64,000 nucleotides of DNA from Octopus sinensis (lineage: Eukaryota). The notes under the pieces are model-generated. The model saw nothing but the letters and a program-made list of their open reading frames with translations. It did no database searches and was not told the DNA's origin. Shown here piece by piece: positions 12,198 to 25,637 of this stretch. The stretch covers positions 18,972,001-19,036,000 of the forward strand of contig NC_043013.1 in the NCBI RefSeq assembly GCF_006345805.1, in the 5' to 3' direction. Position 1 is the first letter of the stretch. The number at the start of each line of letters is the position of its first letter. The position numbers and the translations under genes are program-made.

Positions 12198-12545
12198 CTC
12201 ACTCACTCACTCACTCACTCGCTCATTAACTCACTCACTCACTCACCCACTCACTCACTCACTCCCTCATTAACTCACTCACTCACTCACTCACTCACTC
12301 ACTCATTAACTCACTCACTCACTCGCTCACTCACTCGCTCACTCACTCACTCACTCACTCACTCACTCACTCACTCACTCACTCATTAACTCACTCACTC
12401 ACTCTCTCACTCACTCGCTCACTCACTCACTCACTCACTCACTCACTCACTCACTCGCTCACTCACTCACTCACTCACTCACTCACTCACTCGCTCACTC
12501 ACTCGCTCACTCACTCACTCACTCACTCACTTATTAACTCACACG
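12198..12545. repeat. (ACTC)n tetranucleotide array with recurring ttaac and gctc variants
   Basis: Direct inspection. Confidence 0.95.
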
Positions 12546-13094
12546 CACATTCACCCATTCACTCACAACTGGGCCACATGCTTGTCGATGGGGAAAAATA
12601 TTTGTCATTTGTTAGTTGCGAATAAGACTGCTCTTTCCTTCTGTAAGTCTGTGTGCGGGTATGTGTGAATGTGTAGACTGGTGACAGTACGTGCGTTTGC
12701 GTGTGCGTGTCTGTGTGTGTATGTGTGTGAGAGAGAGAGTGTGTGTAAGAGAGTGTGGTGTATGTATGTGTGTGCGTATACGCACACACACACACCACAC
12801 ACACACACACACACATATATATCCTCTAAATAATGATACTGGTATTTTTTATGTAAGGTTAAAGCTTATGGTGATCACCGCGTTATGACTAAGGAAAATG
12901 GTCTAATAAAGGCGCCGAAAGCATATAAATATATATGTGTGTGTGTGTGTTTGTGTATGTGTGTGTGTGTGTGTGTGGTGTGTGTGTGTGTATGTGTGTG
13001 TGTGTGTGTGTGTGTCTGTGTGTGTGTTTGTATTCGTGTTCATAATCCATTATTGCCATCATTATTATAATTACTATTATTACTATTAATCACG

Positions 13095-13948
13095 GAGGGC
13101 AAAAGGCTTAGCTGCCGTTCGTCCGTCTTTACTGTCTGAGTTCAAATTATGCCGAAGTCGACTTTGCCTTTCGTGCTTTCAGAATCGTTAAAAGAAGTAT
13201 CAGCCGAGTACTGAGGTCGATGTAACTGACTTTCTCCAACCCCAAATTTCGGGCATTCTGCCTATAGTAGAAATGATCATTATTATTGTTATTATTATTA
13301 TTATTGTTAAGGTGAGGAGGCGGCAGAATAGTTGACGTGCCGGAATAAATGTTTAGTAGCTTTTCGTCCGTCTTTACGTTCTGAGTTCAAATTCCTCCGA
13401 GATCAACTATGCCTTTTATCCTTTCCATGAAATAAGTACAAGTCCAGAATTGTAATCTATGTTTTTCCTTCCCCTCAAAAACCGCCGGCTTTGTGCCAAA
13501 GTATGAAAATTGTTATTGCTGAGGCAGTGAGCTGGCAGAAACGTTAGCACACCCGGCGAAATGCGTAGTTGTATTTCGTCTGCCGTTACGTTCTGAGTTC
13601 AAATTCCGCTGAGGTCGACTTTGCCTTTCATTCTTTCGGGGTCGATTAAATAAGTACCAGTTTCGCCGGGGTCGATAAAATCGACTTAATCCGTTTGTCT
13701 CTCCTTGTTTGTCCTCTCTGTGTTTAGCCCCTTGTGGGAAGTAAAGAAATAGGTATTTCGCTTGCCGTTACGTTCTGAGTTCAAATTCTGCCGAGGTCAT
13801 CTTTGCCTTTCATCCTTCCGGGGTCGATTAAATAAGTACAAGTTACGCACTGGGGTCGATGTAATCGACTTAATCCGTTTATCTGTCCTTCTTTGTCCCA
13901 TCTCTGTTTAGTCCCTTGTGGGTTGTAAAGAAATAGGTATTTCGTCGA
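13095..13948 (+). mobile_element. SINE family B cluster including a multimer (about 13520-13948)
   Basis: Junction aaagaaataggtatttcg occurs twice (about 13744 and 13927). Confidence 0.85.
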
Positions 13949-15074
13949 TTATGGAAGGGAGACCTTGAACGGAAACTTAAGCCAGATGTAGTCTGATGGG
14001 ACCAACTAAACACGTGACACTTATCCGACAGGAGTCATTACACATTGAGGTCACTATCGCTGCTGAGAGGATGTAATAACACTTATGCAATGCTGTACAT
14101 GCGTCTGTAGAATAACTTTGCCTGTGTTATTAAAGTAACAACGTGTATGTGCATGTGTGTATGTGCATGTTCCATATATAGTATATAAGCTCTTTCCAGG
14201 AGACATATCTTTACTAATGTCCCTTGTGGATTGGATATGGTGGATGTATATTAGTTTAATTCGTTCTCTCGTGGAAAATCACATCGGTCCAAGCACTTTG
14301 TGTAGATCTGTAGTCACACAGCCCTGTACAGACACCCACGTAATTAGGTGCGGTAACATGAATAGAAGATCTGCCTAAGTTCCCTACTTTAAACATTATT
14401 ACTATTAATTTATCTATTTCACGGCTGACGTGTATGACAGTGCTTAACTTTTGTTCCTTGACTCATAGAACAATACCACGTATATATGTATATATGTATG
14501 TATGTATGTATTATGTATGTATGTAGGTATGTATGTATGTATGTATGTATGTATGTATGTATGTATGTGTGTATGTATGTATGCATGTAATATATGTATG
14601 TATGTATGTATGTATGCATGTATTTATGTATGTATGTATACACGCAAGTACATAGTATGTATTATGTATATATGTATACATTATGCATGTTTGTATGTAT
14701 ATATTTATGCATATACACCTATGTATGTTTATCCAAAGATAAATCATAGTTAGCTGTAGAGGGATTTAAAGGCAAATGGTTAAAAAAAAATGACATTTTA
14801 TTAGCAATTAGGTTGAATGAATGAATAGATTTTCTCGTTAACTTACTATCGTTGATTATGAAAGAGTTTTTGTGTGAGCCGCACTTGTGAAATATTAGTT
14901 CATTTGGTATAAATCACTTGAACTGTGTCTAATTTATCTGTGACTACTTTAAACACTCAAGTGGACGATTCAAATGTTGACTAACTTAAAAGTACAATAC
15001 ACTATTTCATTTCGTCCGTACGGATAAGAATTTGCGTAATTTAGTATCGAAAATACCTATTTCCCACCCTCCAC

Positions 15075-15131
<57 letters not shown>

Positions 15132-15205
15132 ACTCTCTGTCTACTCTCTGCTGCTTCTCCCTCTCATTCTCTCGCTCTCTCTCTCTCACCATTTATATAT
15201 ATACG

Positions 15206-15236
<31 letters not shown>

Positions 15237-15291
15237 CAAATAAATGAAAGAATGGAGTTGAACGACGAATTAACAAAATTCCTTTATTTTA

Positions 15292-15374
15292 TTTTCGACA
15301 TGTGTTTCGAAGGATGCATATTCCTAATTTCGAAGGAATAAGGGGTGCATTATGCCGCCTTCTCATCAGGAAAA
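15292..15374 (-). ncRNA. Minimal type I hammerhead ribozyme motif (Penelope-like) in a (TA)n-flanked module
   Basis: Minus strand reads TTTTC-CTGATGA-GAAGG...CCTTC-GAAAC-ACATGT-C-GAAAA: intact core, stem I (5 bp), stem II, palindromic stem III and a GUC cleavage triplet. Confidence 0.7.
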
Positions 15375-15479
15375 GTAAGGAACTATATATATATATATAT
15401 ATATATATATCTATTTATATATGTGTGTGTGTGTGTGTGTGTGTATACATATATTACTTATTATTTGATTCTGTGGATC

Positions 15480-15640
15480 GACCCTCTAATTTAGAAACGT
15501 TGATTGAAGCTTCTTGTCAGCCACATCGAACTCAAAAACAGGCGGCGTTTTTTCCACTTGAGTGGGGAAAGTACTACGACAGTAACAATTGGCGATGGTA
15601 CAGCGTAGTTTTCTCCAACGAAATATGTTTGTAGATTTAC
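15480..15640 (+). mobile_element. Highly degenerate Tc1-like transposase fragment
   Basis: QKQAAFFPLEWGKYYDSNNWRWYSVVFSNE resembles the Tc1 R-L-x-W-A...W-x-x-V-I-F-S-D-E motif. Confidence 0.45.
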
Positions 15641-16601
15641 TTCAACGATAATAAAAATTTCCCTGTTGTACAGAAAAATAGAAGTATTATGTATAAGGCT
15701 CACTCTTCACCGTAATCATAAAACTTTATCTTAGCATTGGTAGTAAGAAATGATTCACTTCCAAGATTTACTGCAATAGATTAAGTACTGCGAGGCCATT
15801 TGACCTACTAGAAATGATGAGCAAATCTCCCTTATATTACAACGCTATCATCGTACTAAAACCGGAAGCAATGTAATGGTATGTATCTTCTTTATAAAGA
15901 AAGAACAAGTAGATAACATGTCCAGAGGAATAATCATCGACCTTGTGTTAATCTACTAAAACTTCATCGGCAATATATACAATAACTGACGCTAGCTCCG
16001 ATTCATTTGACAGAGAATTTTCCATGTCCATGTGCGAGTGTATGTGTGTGCAGCAAATTATATTGCAATTGAGAGGTGTCAAACGCCAAGTCGGGACAAA
16101 TCGTTCATATAACGACCGTTCCGTTTATAATTCACAGGGGAAAAACCAGAGCAATAATGAGGACTCCAATGCAAAACTGCCTTTTTTACTGCCCTGTCAC
16201 ATATTTATTTTATTCAGTCATGTTCCAGTACTAAAGAGTGTTTATGTGTTCAAGGTGTTTAACAATTAAGTCGATTGTCTTTGGAATAGAACTAACAAAA
16301 ATAGTATATGGATTGTTAACGTTCATATGCTTCCGTGTTGTGCAATATCGTATCACAAGGAAACGTGAAATGTCGCAACAGAAAACAGGCATTCAGTCTC
16401 TTTTAGAACGCACACGGGTCTTAACTGCGGTTTTATTCCCACGTTTTACCCTACAGATAATAAGAATGAGCCAGAAGTATACTTTGAACAGAAAAACACA
16501 CACACATATACTTGTATATATGTATCTATATATATGTGTGTGTGTATATATATGTACATGTATGTATGTATATATGTATATATATATATATATAATATAT
16601 T

Positions 16602-16999
16602 ATAGGATAAAATTTTTCGAAAAAAATTTTATCAATGGCCAGCATATTAAAAAATACCTTTAAAGGTTAAATTTATAAACAACTTATAAACGAGGGAAAA
16701 TATGCTGGACATATTTGGGGTACTTAATTGTGCTCATGACTTAGTGTTTGCTTCTTCCATGGGTATAAGTAAGTATTTCATTTATATCTTTGCCGCATTT
16801 ATCACTGACAAAGAGAAGGTTCCTATGAATTAACTCTGTAATCGTGTCCGATATGGTAATAAGGGAATTTTTTAGAAATTTCTGTCGGCTTTCTTCGAGA
16901 CGCGTGCTTATATTGATGAATTACATGGTTATTGATGATGTGTCCGTTTTCGGCATATTTGGCATTAGAAATATTTTTCTTTTGCGCTTATTTATAAGT

Positions 17000-17000
<1 letters not shown>
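16602..17000. mobile_element. (TA)n-flanked non-autonomous element with inverted sub-termini; related to 51170-51922
   Basis: Shared blocks tcaatggccagcatatt, ttgtgctcatgacttagtgtttgcttcttccatggg and ttttcggcatatttggcattagaaat. Confidence 0.7.
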
Positions 17001-17075
<75 letters not shown>

Positions 17076-18120
17076 GTGTGTGTGTGTGTGTGTGTGTGGT
17101 GTATACGTGCATATATAAAAAGAGCAGAGCTAAGCTGAAGCACTGAAGAGTAACATCAATCCAAATCAAAGAAGTGTAACATATGAAAAGGTTTTCGGTT
17201 ATTTACTAAACTGTTGCATCACACATGGAGTATGTTGAGTCCCTTGAATACCTATGGAAGACATGTCAAACAGAGCCTGCAAACTTTCATTTGCTCAGAA
17301 TTCTGAAAGCTAATCCCCGAAAGATATTATTATTGAGCGATTGATTGAAATTAAGTTCAGCTCACAAAACGTTAGACTCTATGGTGGATGACGGAAAAAA
17401 GGGTTTAACTGAGAAGGAAAACTGATTCAAAATACAATATTTCTACAGCAAAACAGAAATTAGAAAAAAAAAATACATGAAACCTCTGACAACTGTGACA
17501 CACACATTGGAGCATCTATACAGTTGTTCAATGTGCTAGATATAAGGATGAAATTTGTATAAGATCGCGAAGGAACAGTTATATAATTTAACTTCAAAAT
17601 AGTTTCTACAAGGACAAGATAACTACATATGGATCGTATCCATTGGTGGGGTCTGTGCGATTAGAGTTTCCCTGATAAGAAGCAATAACCATGTCACTAC
17701 ATGCAATTACATATTCACATGCGCGTGTACACCCGATGACACACACATGCAAATTAATTACTAATATTAAACATAAGAATAATTGAAGGTAACTTGTAGT
17801 TCTTGTGTGTGTGTGTGTGCGTGCGTGAGAGGGAGACAGAAAAAAAGAGAGAGAGATGGAGGGGGATATATGAATGTATGTATGGAGATGAGAAAAAATA
17901 CTTGCATTTTGTGGTAGACCTTAAATGAATAAATATCAACAGAAAATTCAATAACTTCAATATTCTTTAAGCGTAAATAAAATAATTCTAACTAAAGATA
18001 TTTGATAAAATAAATTATGTTTATCTTTTAAATGACAAAAACAAAGTATCATCTAAATAAACGAAAATTTTAATATAAAATATATATTCATTAAGTTGAT
18101 GTTAATTGTAATTGTATGTG

Positions 18121-18169
<49 letters not shown>

Positions 18170-18175
18170 TACATA

Positions 18176-18237
<62 letters not shown>

Positions 18238-18329
18238 TAATTTACTCTGCTATGTATTGAGTACCTTATTTACTGTGGTTAACCCCGACTCAACCCGGGA
18301 CCTACATATATATATATATATAATATATA

Positions 18330-18435
<106 letters not shown>

Positions 18436-19104
18436 TGTGTTTGTAAGTATTTATATAGACAGTATTTACTCACCACCTTCCGATACTTGATCGAACCTGC
18501 GACCAAGTCTCTTCAGTACAATCCGTAAGGCTTGCAAGTAAAACTAATAAAAGTTTAGGTTAAACGCTTGTAGTTATAGCTGATTTAAAAGCGACGCCTA
18601 CCATGATCACATCAAAGGCTACAATCCACCAATCACAGGTAAATGTCTTTTGCTTTTTTGCATAAAAGTTAGGAAATTACGACAGCAATACGCATGTTCA
18701 TAAATACGTAAATACACACTCACACTCACTCTAATGATGATAATGATAATGATAATAATAGTAATAATAATAATAACAATAACAACAGCCACAACACCAA
18801 CAACAATGATAACGACGTTCATACAGAACAATATCAAGGATAGGAACTGCTAAATCTATATTTATCTCGTGTCTGTACGACTTACCCTTGTCACCTGTCT
18901 ATACAGCGTAAATAATGACAGGAAAATAAATATATAACAATAAAGATACAACCGGAGAATACATTAGGCGGTTACTTTATTCGCTAGGTGTGTATATGTG
19001 CCAGCACGTATAATACATACATACAAACACACGCATACACACACACACACGCACACACACACACACACACACACCACACACACACACACACACATATATA
19101 TACT

Positions 19105-19477
19105 CTTACTCTCTCTTTTACTCTTTTACTTGTTTCAGTCATTTGACTGCGGCCATGCTGGAGCACCACCTTTTAGTACTTATTCTATCGGTCTCTTTTT
19201 GCCGAACCGCTAAGTGACGGGGACCTAAACACACCAGCATCGGTTGTCAAGCAATGCTAGGGGGACAAACACAGACACACAAACACACGCATACATATAT
19301 ATATACATATATACGACAGGCTTCTTTCAGTTTCCGTCTACCAAATCCACTCACAAGGCATTGGTCGGCCCGGGGCTATAGCAGAAGACACTTGCCCAAG
19401 ATGCCACGCAGTGGGACTGAACCCGCAACCGTGTGGTTGGTTAGCAAGCTACTTACCACACAGCCACTCCTGCGCCT
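19105..19477 (-). mobile_element. SINE family A, full length
   Basis: Head rc aggcgcaggagtggctgtgtgg, internal microsatellite, tail (AAAGAGT)n. Confidence 0.9.
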
Positions 19478-19509
19478 ATATATATATATATACACACATA
19501 TATCAGTTT

Positions 19510-19645
19510 ACGTGTGTATGTATGTATATACATACATGCATGTATGTACGTAATGTGTAGGTATGTATATATATATGTATGTATGTATGTATGTATCTAT
19601 GTATGTATGTACGTATGTATGTATATATGTATGTATGTATGTATG

Positions 19646-19679
<34 letters not shown>

Positions 19680-19830
19680 TGTATATGTATGTATGTATAT
19701 ATGTATGTATGTATATATGTATGTATATATGTATGTATGAATGTATGTATGTATGTATGTATGTATGTATGTATGTATGTGTGTATGTATGTGTGTATGT
19801 ATGTGCGTATGTACGTATGTGTGTAGGTAT
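19510..19830. repeat. (GTAT)n microsatellite
   Basis: Direct inspection. Confidence 0.95.
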
Positions 19831-20580
19831 GTTTTCCTGTGCAAGTTGCAATTTTATGTTTTATTTTCATCAGTCTTCTGTCCTTTAGTAATATTACAAT
19901 GAAAATATTTGCTATATACTTTATATTCTAAGTTTCTTAAAATCTTCACCTCTGCTATTCTTTGTACAAACAATTCCGTTCGAAAGATCTCGAAGAGTTG
20001 TCCTCTTAAAGATGTTAATTATCATTTGGAGATTATGAAGTTTGGACTAAAATTCTTTTGTCTGAGGTTTCAAGGTTTCCCCTATTCTGATCTCGAAGCA
20101 TTGTTACATAGTCTACGGCGATGGTAAGAAACTGTTTAATGCAAAATGTGCAATACTAGCACCTTGAAACTTCCATATCGAACTTTCACTGATATCTTCT
20201 TAATCCTGTAGTTTTCTTAGAGCATATGTATGTATGCATGCATGCATGCATTATGTATGTGTGTATGTATGTATGTATGTATGTATGTATGTATGTATGT
20301 ATGTATGTATGTATGTATGTATGTATGTATGTTGTATGTATGTATGTATTTACGTATGCATGTCATCATTCAGTTTTATTTCAAGATTTCTTGCCAATAG
20401 AGAAAGAGCTGGCTTCAAACCTGCAAATATAATACGTGGCAATTATTCGGTAGCCATGATAAAACTCTGAGTTTCGGATTCTGGGGTTGAAATCCACGCC
20501 GACATCTCTTCAGTTATCCGGCCATCAGAAAAAAATGCAATGAAAAAATATATATATATAAATATATATATGTATATATA

Positions 20581-20636
<56 letters not shown>

Positions 20637-20722
20637 TATATAACTTAGAATAACTTAGAAAGGTTTTGGCTAGTGTTGGCCCAGGCCATGTCCAACTTAA
20701 TAGCAGCACCTGGCGAAGTCTT

Positions 20723-23409
20723 TCAATTCAGGATTTGAGTAACCAAGGCCCATTCAAGTAGAGAGTTATTATTTGCGGAGACATATCCGGATGTGGGTGG
20801 TTTGTCCGGGACTGTTTGAAGGAATTTGTCTAAAGACCTCTGGAATTTTGTGTAGTCAGTTTCTGTTTTGACGTGTCCTGGTGTAATGTTGAAAAGAGCG
20901 GGTCCAATTGAGGTGAAATAATTGTGCTGTATTGCTGCTATGAGATGCGATTTAGATTTTTGTTGTGGACGGATGGCACGGGGTCCAAGTCTTAGATGTA
21001 TTTTGAAGGTGATGCCAACATCATTTGGACAGTGCTGATGGAATATTTTCCACATCATACAGATAATGCTGCGTTCACGGCGTCGTTGGAGTGAATACAG
21101 TTTCAGCTTTTCCAGTCGACCCCAGTAGTCGAGTTCTGACATGCCATCTATCTTTTTCGTGATTGACCTTTGGGGAGCTTCATCTTTCATAATATTTTGT
21201 TTCGTGTAGGGAGACCACAGTGGACAGCAGTATTCAAGGTGGGGTCGGGCAAAAGTGGAGAAGAGAAGGATAATGGTGTGGGAATCTCTCGAATGAAAGG
21301 TTCTGAGAATCCAGGAACACATTCTGCGGGCCATGTCAACTTTGCTACTTATATGTGTAGCCCAGCTTATGTTGTTGTCAACAGTTACTCCCAAGTCTCT
21401 GATGTTGTTAGATGCCATGATAATTTCACCAGAAGGAAGGGAGTATGGGAGTTGATGACCTTCTGGAGCTTGGAATCATCAGCGAAGATTCTGATGTTAC
21501 TGTGTTTGATGATGTCAGTAATGTCATTAATGTAGATGATGAAGAGAAGTGGGCCCAACACAGTGCCTTGTGGGACACCACTACTGACTGTGGCTGGGCT
21601 GGATTTGACTCCTTCGACTACATGTTGGGTTCTGTTTGACAGGAAACACTTGATCCACTGCAGCAGCTTTCCAGTGACACCAATATTGGACAGCTTTTTC
21701 AAAAGGATCTCATGATCAACCCTGTCAAAGGCCTTGCTGAAATCAAGGTAGATGACATCAGTGTTGGAACCCTCTCCCAAGGCTCTCAAAATGTCATCAA
21801 AATGATGCAGTAGATGCGTCAGGCAATCCCTTCCATTACGGAATCCATGCTGGTTGGAGTTCAGCATATTATGACTCTCAAGGTAGTGAGTCATTTACTA
21901 TATCACCACGCTCTCAAATACCTTAATGATATGGGAGGTGATTGAGATTGGACGGTAATTCACTGCAAGGGATTTGTTTCCTTTTTTGAAAACTGGGACA
22001 ACAGACTGGGATAGAAGGTTTTCTGGTATATATCCAGCATCCAGTGAGTTCCGCCACAGATTGGCTAGAGGGGTGCAAGTCGGTGTTGACACATCTTTGA
22101 TTTCCCTTATTGCTGCTAAGACATCAGGGGCGCTAAAGGTTATGTCCGATAAAGTGTATTGGGGAGTAACATCACTGATACAGCCCAGATCAGCCATGGT
22201 TTTGGCATTGTCTTGAAGAGTGCCATTTTCATCAATCAGAGGGCCAACAGTAGAGCTAGTGACTTTGTGATTTTTTTGGCAAATGAGAAGAACACTTTGG
22301 GATTGAGTTTGATCTTCTCAATGGCCCAAGCCTCTTCAGCTCTTCTCTGACTATTGATGATAGACATCATGTTGTTTTGGAGTTTATGTTTTTTAATCTC
22401 TAGCGACGTGATGGCAATTAGGTTGGTGTGTTGCTGTTGACAGTATTTCAGCTTGTTGATTTTCTTGTTAATTTTTTTAATTTTCCTGATGAGAGTTTTT
22501 CTATTTCTAGGGATTCTGCACTTAGATTTGTTTGCAGATCTTAATGGGGTGTTTTGCACATATGTTTGTAATGATGTCTACAATTCACTGCCAGGACTTT
22601 TTGATGTTAGTGGGTATGTATGTGTGCGTGAAGGACCAATCGACTTGTGCAAGATCATTACTGATCGCTTCCAAGTTTGCGTTGTGGAAATCCATAGGGT
22701 CAAATGGATGGACAGGAGGGATGACGTTTGTTTTGCATTTTGGCCGGTGAAATCTCAGATCACAGAGAACCATGTCATGATCAGAGAGCAGAGTTTTCTC
22801 CACTGCAATACTGTGGATAGCATCAGTGTGATTGCTGAAAATTAAGTCTAGGACGTTTTTGTGCGGCGGACTATTTGTAGATCAGTCAACCCCAGGGAGA
22901 TTGAAGTTCCCCATCATTAAGATATTGTCAGGTTGATACTGCTGAATGAAACACTTTATGTTGTTGAGGCATTCCTTGAAGCATGGTAGGGGCGTTTGGG
23001 GTGGTCTGTAGAGTCCAACTACTATTAAGTTTTTGGTTTCCTTTAATACAGCGACTGCTTCGCAATATCCATTAGAAAATATATTTATAACCTCTGTTGA
23101 GAAAGAATCATGAACATAAATGGCAGTCCCACCCTTTCTTCTGCCAGCACGATCAGCACGAATGGCTTTGAAATTTTTCACTTTCACTTCGGCTTCCAAG
23201 TGGAGGTTACTAAGATGGGTTTCAGTGAGGACGAAGAAAGGGATGTGGTTTGGATGGGCATCGACCCAGTCCTCCAGGAATTTTATCTTCCATTTTTGAG
23301 TATTGGTAGCAGGGCTGATGCCTTGGGCATTAAGCAAAAATGTTGAGGCGAGAGTGGATGGTTTTAATTGTTTTGGTGTTTTGTTTAATTGATTGCTTTT
23401 TAATGGCAT
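20723..23409 (-). pseudogene. LINE ORF2 (endonuclease plus reverse transcriptase), broken into six ORF pieces
   Basis: LNAQGI...LTETHL...RADR...GGTAIY...GLYRPP...MGNFN (APE), SDHD, and the RT motifs above. Confidence 0.9.
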
Positions 23410-24178
23410 GTGCAGTGGGGTGATAGTGGTGGATGGTGGTGGGTGATAGCTCGGATGTTTTTTTCCAGTTCTTTTGCTAGATTCATTATAGTTAAAAAAG
23501 AGGAAGAAGTTTCCTGTCTAGGGAACTGTAGGTGACTGTGGTTGTGGTTATTTTTAGATGAGTGGTTATTTCTATATCTGTCTCGCTGGGAACAACGGCA
23601 GATTTGGGGATTCCTTGTTTGAGATATTGGTGGTTGTGGTCGTGTTGTAATAGAGTGTGTATTATGGTGGTGGCTGTTGTAGTTTGTGGGGATAGAGCGT
23701 TTTGTCCCAGGTAAATGGGTAAATTTGCAGTCTCTATCAGTGCATAATCTATAGCGGAGAGAATAGCGGCAAATGATGGGGTTTCGAGTGGGTGTGTAGG
23801 TGCATCTGTGAGTTGTGAAAGGTGTAGATGATAGTTTGTTGAGGTTTTGGCGACCTTTGTGACCTGTGGGAGGTAGAGTTCTTGAGGTAGCATTAGTAGT
23901 AGTAGTAGTAGTAGGCAGAAGAGATGTTGGCAGTGATGATGATTGAGGAGGTGGATTCCATGAGATCGCTGTAGACAAAGATGTTTTTGGTTTGATAGTG
24001 TTTGTAGTAATATTAATAGTAGGCAGAAGAGATGATGTTGACAGTGATGATGATTGAGCTACTGGGGCAGTGAAAGGAAGGGATGGTGCTTCCTGCTGTG
24101 AGACCCTGATGACTGGGGGGGGGCAATCGTTTCGTTTAACAAATCGGCCATTCTAGATGAATCAGGGAGTGGTTCATT

Positions 24179-24220
<42 letters not shown>

Positions 24221-24505
24221 ATGCTGCTGAAGTTGTTGTTGCGCCGGTGATGCATTCGAAGAGAAAACACATCTCGGTTTATCGAAGTGTTTGTTGATTA
24301 ATTTAAAAGCAACTTCGATTTGCTTTAATTTATTTTGTATCTGCTGTTCAGATCGAGATTGCAAAAGGTGAACTTTCCGTTTAGCAATTTCTTTCAGACA
24401 CGAAGCACCGATGTTTTCCGTTTGGGTAAGGCAATGCCATGTGTTTATAAGAACGTCAATTTCATTATCAGAGCAGTTTTTGTTGGATTTTTGATGGCTA
24501 GCCAT
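23400..24505 (-). pseudogene. LINE ORF1 (frameshifted): polyQ tract, Ser/Thr-rich duplicated segment, CCCH-type zinc finger
   Basis: ORFs 24059-24505 and 23400-23978; motif ICRYSLRYRLCTDRDCKFTH = C-x8-C-x4-C-x3-H. Confidence 0.7.
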
Positions 24506-25214
24506 TCTGGTGGATATGTTTTATTAAATTTTATTTTATTCGTTTGTTTTTGTTGATTATTTTTATTTATCTATCTATTTATTTTTTTAGGGAGAAGTAT
24601 GTAGAATAGATTGTACAGAATGTTTGCTGTATTACTGAGAAATTTGAGATTGTATTTGAACTATGAACTTGCAGACATTTTATCTTTCTTTGTTTTTTCC
24701 TTTTTCTAATTTTTAATCTGTGGGTGACCCTTTAGTTATCAGAAGGTGTTGGTGAAGTGTATATATAAATAAATACTTTCTCATAGGAGTGTGTGGTTTT
24801 GTTTATTTGGTCCTTTGAAATTTATGAAAATAATTTGTAGTTAAAGAAAAGTCTACTCACGAGTTGGGAAAACGCGTGGTTTCAAATATATAGGAATATA
24901 TGTGATGGTTAATTTCGTTTGTAGATGTGAAGGTTGCTGCTGACCGGCGCGTAGAGGAGTAAAAACACGTCTTTATACTTCAACAATCAGGCATATATAT
25001 ATTGGGTTGATGCATAATTATTGCATAATTATTTTTCAACAAATTTTATGCGACAAAAACAATAATAGCATGTAGCAAAAACATCTTTAAATGATTATTC
25101 CGGAGCATATTCACCATCTACTTCAATTACTGCTTCCCATTTGCTTGGCAGATGGTCAGACCGTCATTTAAAGATGCTTTTGTTAAATATTGTTATTGTC
25201 TTTGTTGAAAAAAA

Positions 25215-25503
25215 GCCGCAATAATTATGCACCAACCCTATACATATACACCCATGCACCGATTGCTATATATCATTCCGCCCATACACCTCATTCTATT
25301 TTCATGTGACCGCGTGTGTACCGTTGGCGATTTGTTTCCTCTGTCTTCCCTTCTCTGGATCTTTCCTTCTCCTATGTTTCCGACGAAGAGCTCCGCTCGA
25401 AACGTTAAACACTCCTTCTTTCCTTCTTTCCTGAGCGTCCAATAATACTATATTTGTTCCACGTCCTCGCGTTGTTGTGTTTTTTGTGCTTCCATGTTTG
25501 GAT

Positions 25504-25512
<9 letters not shown>
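25215..25512 (+). mobile_element. Penelope-like terminal repeat carrying a variant hammerhead motif (25375-25411)
   Basis: TGTTT-CCGACGA-A-GAGC-TCC-GCTC-GAA-ACGT-T-AAACA; downstream block gagcgtc...aatac...atatttgtt is homologous to 49060-49135, which flanks a GIY-YIG remnant. Confidence 0.6.
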
Positions 25513-25578
<66 letters not shown>

Positions 25579-25637
25579 TTGCTAATACTTGCTAATACTT
25601 GCTATTACAAATTCGGTGTGTTTCGCGTTCCTTTGAC

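Larger units (their letters stand above)
20640..24975 (-). mobile_element. Near full-length CR1-type LINE with frameshifted ORF1 and ORF2
   Basis: ORF1 pieces, APE endonuclease, RT motifs (NYRPISITS, YLDFSKAFDRVDH, SGVPQGTVLGPLLF, FADD), C-terminal HLEYCCPLWSP and SLQRRRER; 3' tail (TTCTAAGTTA)2. The 5' boundary is approximate. Confidence 0.9.

Noticed and set aside
18470-18580. Possible minus-strand exon ending at GTG|GTGAGT
   Set aside because: No recognisable protein similarity and no phase-compatible partner exons found.
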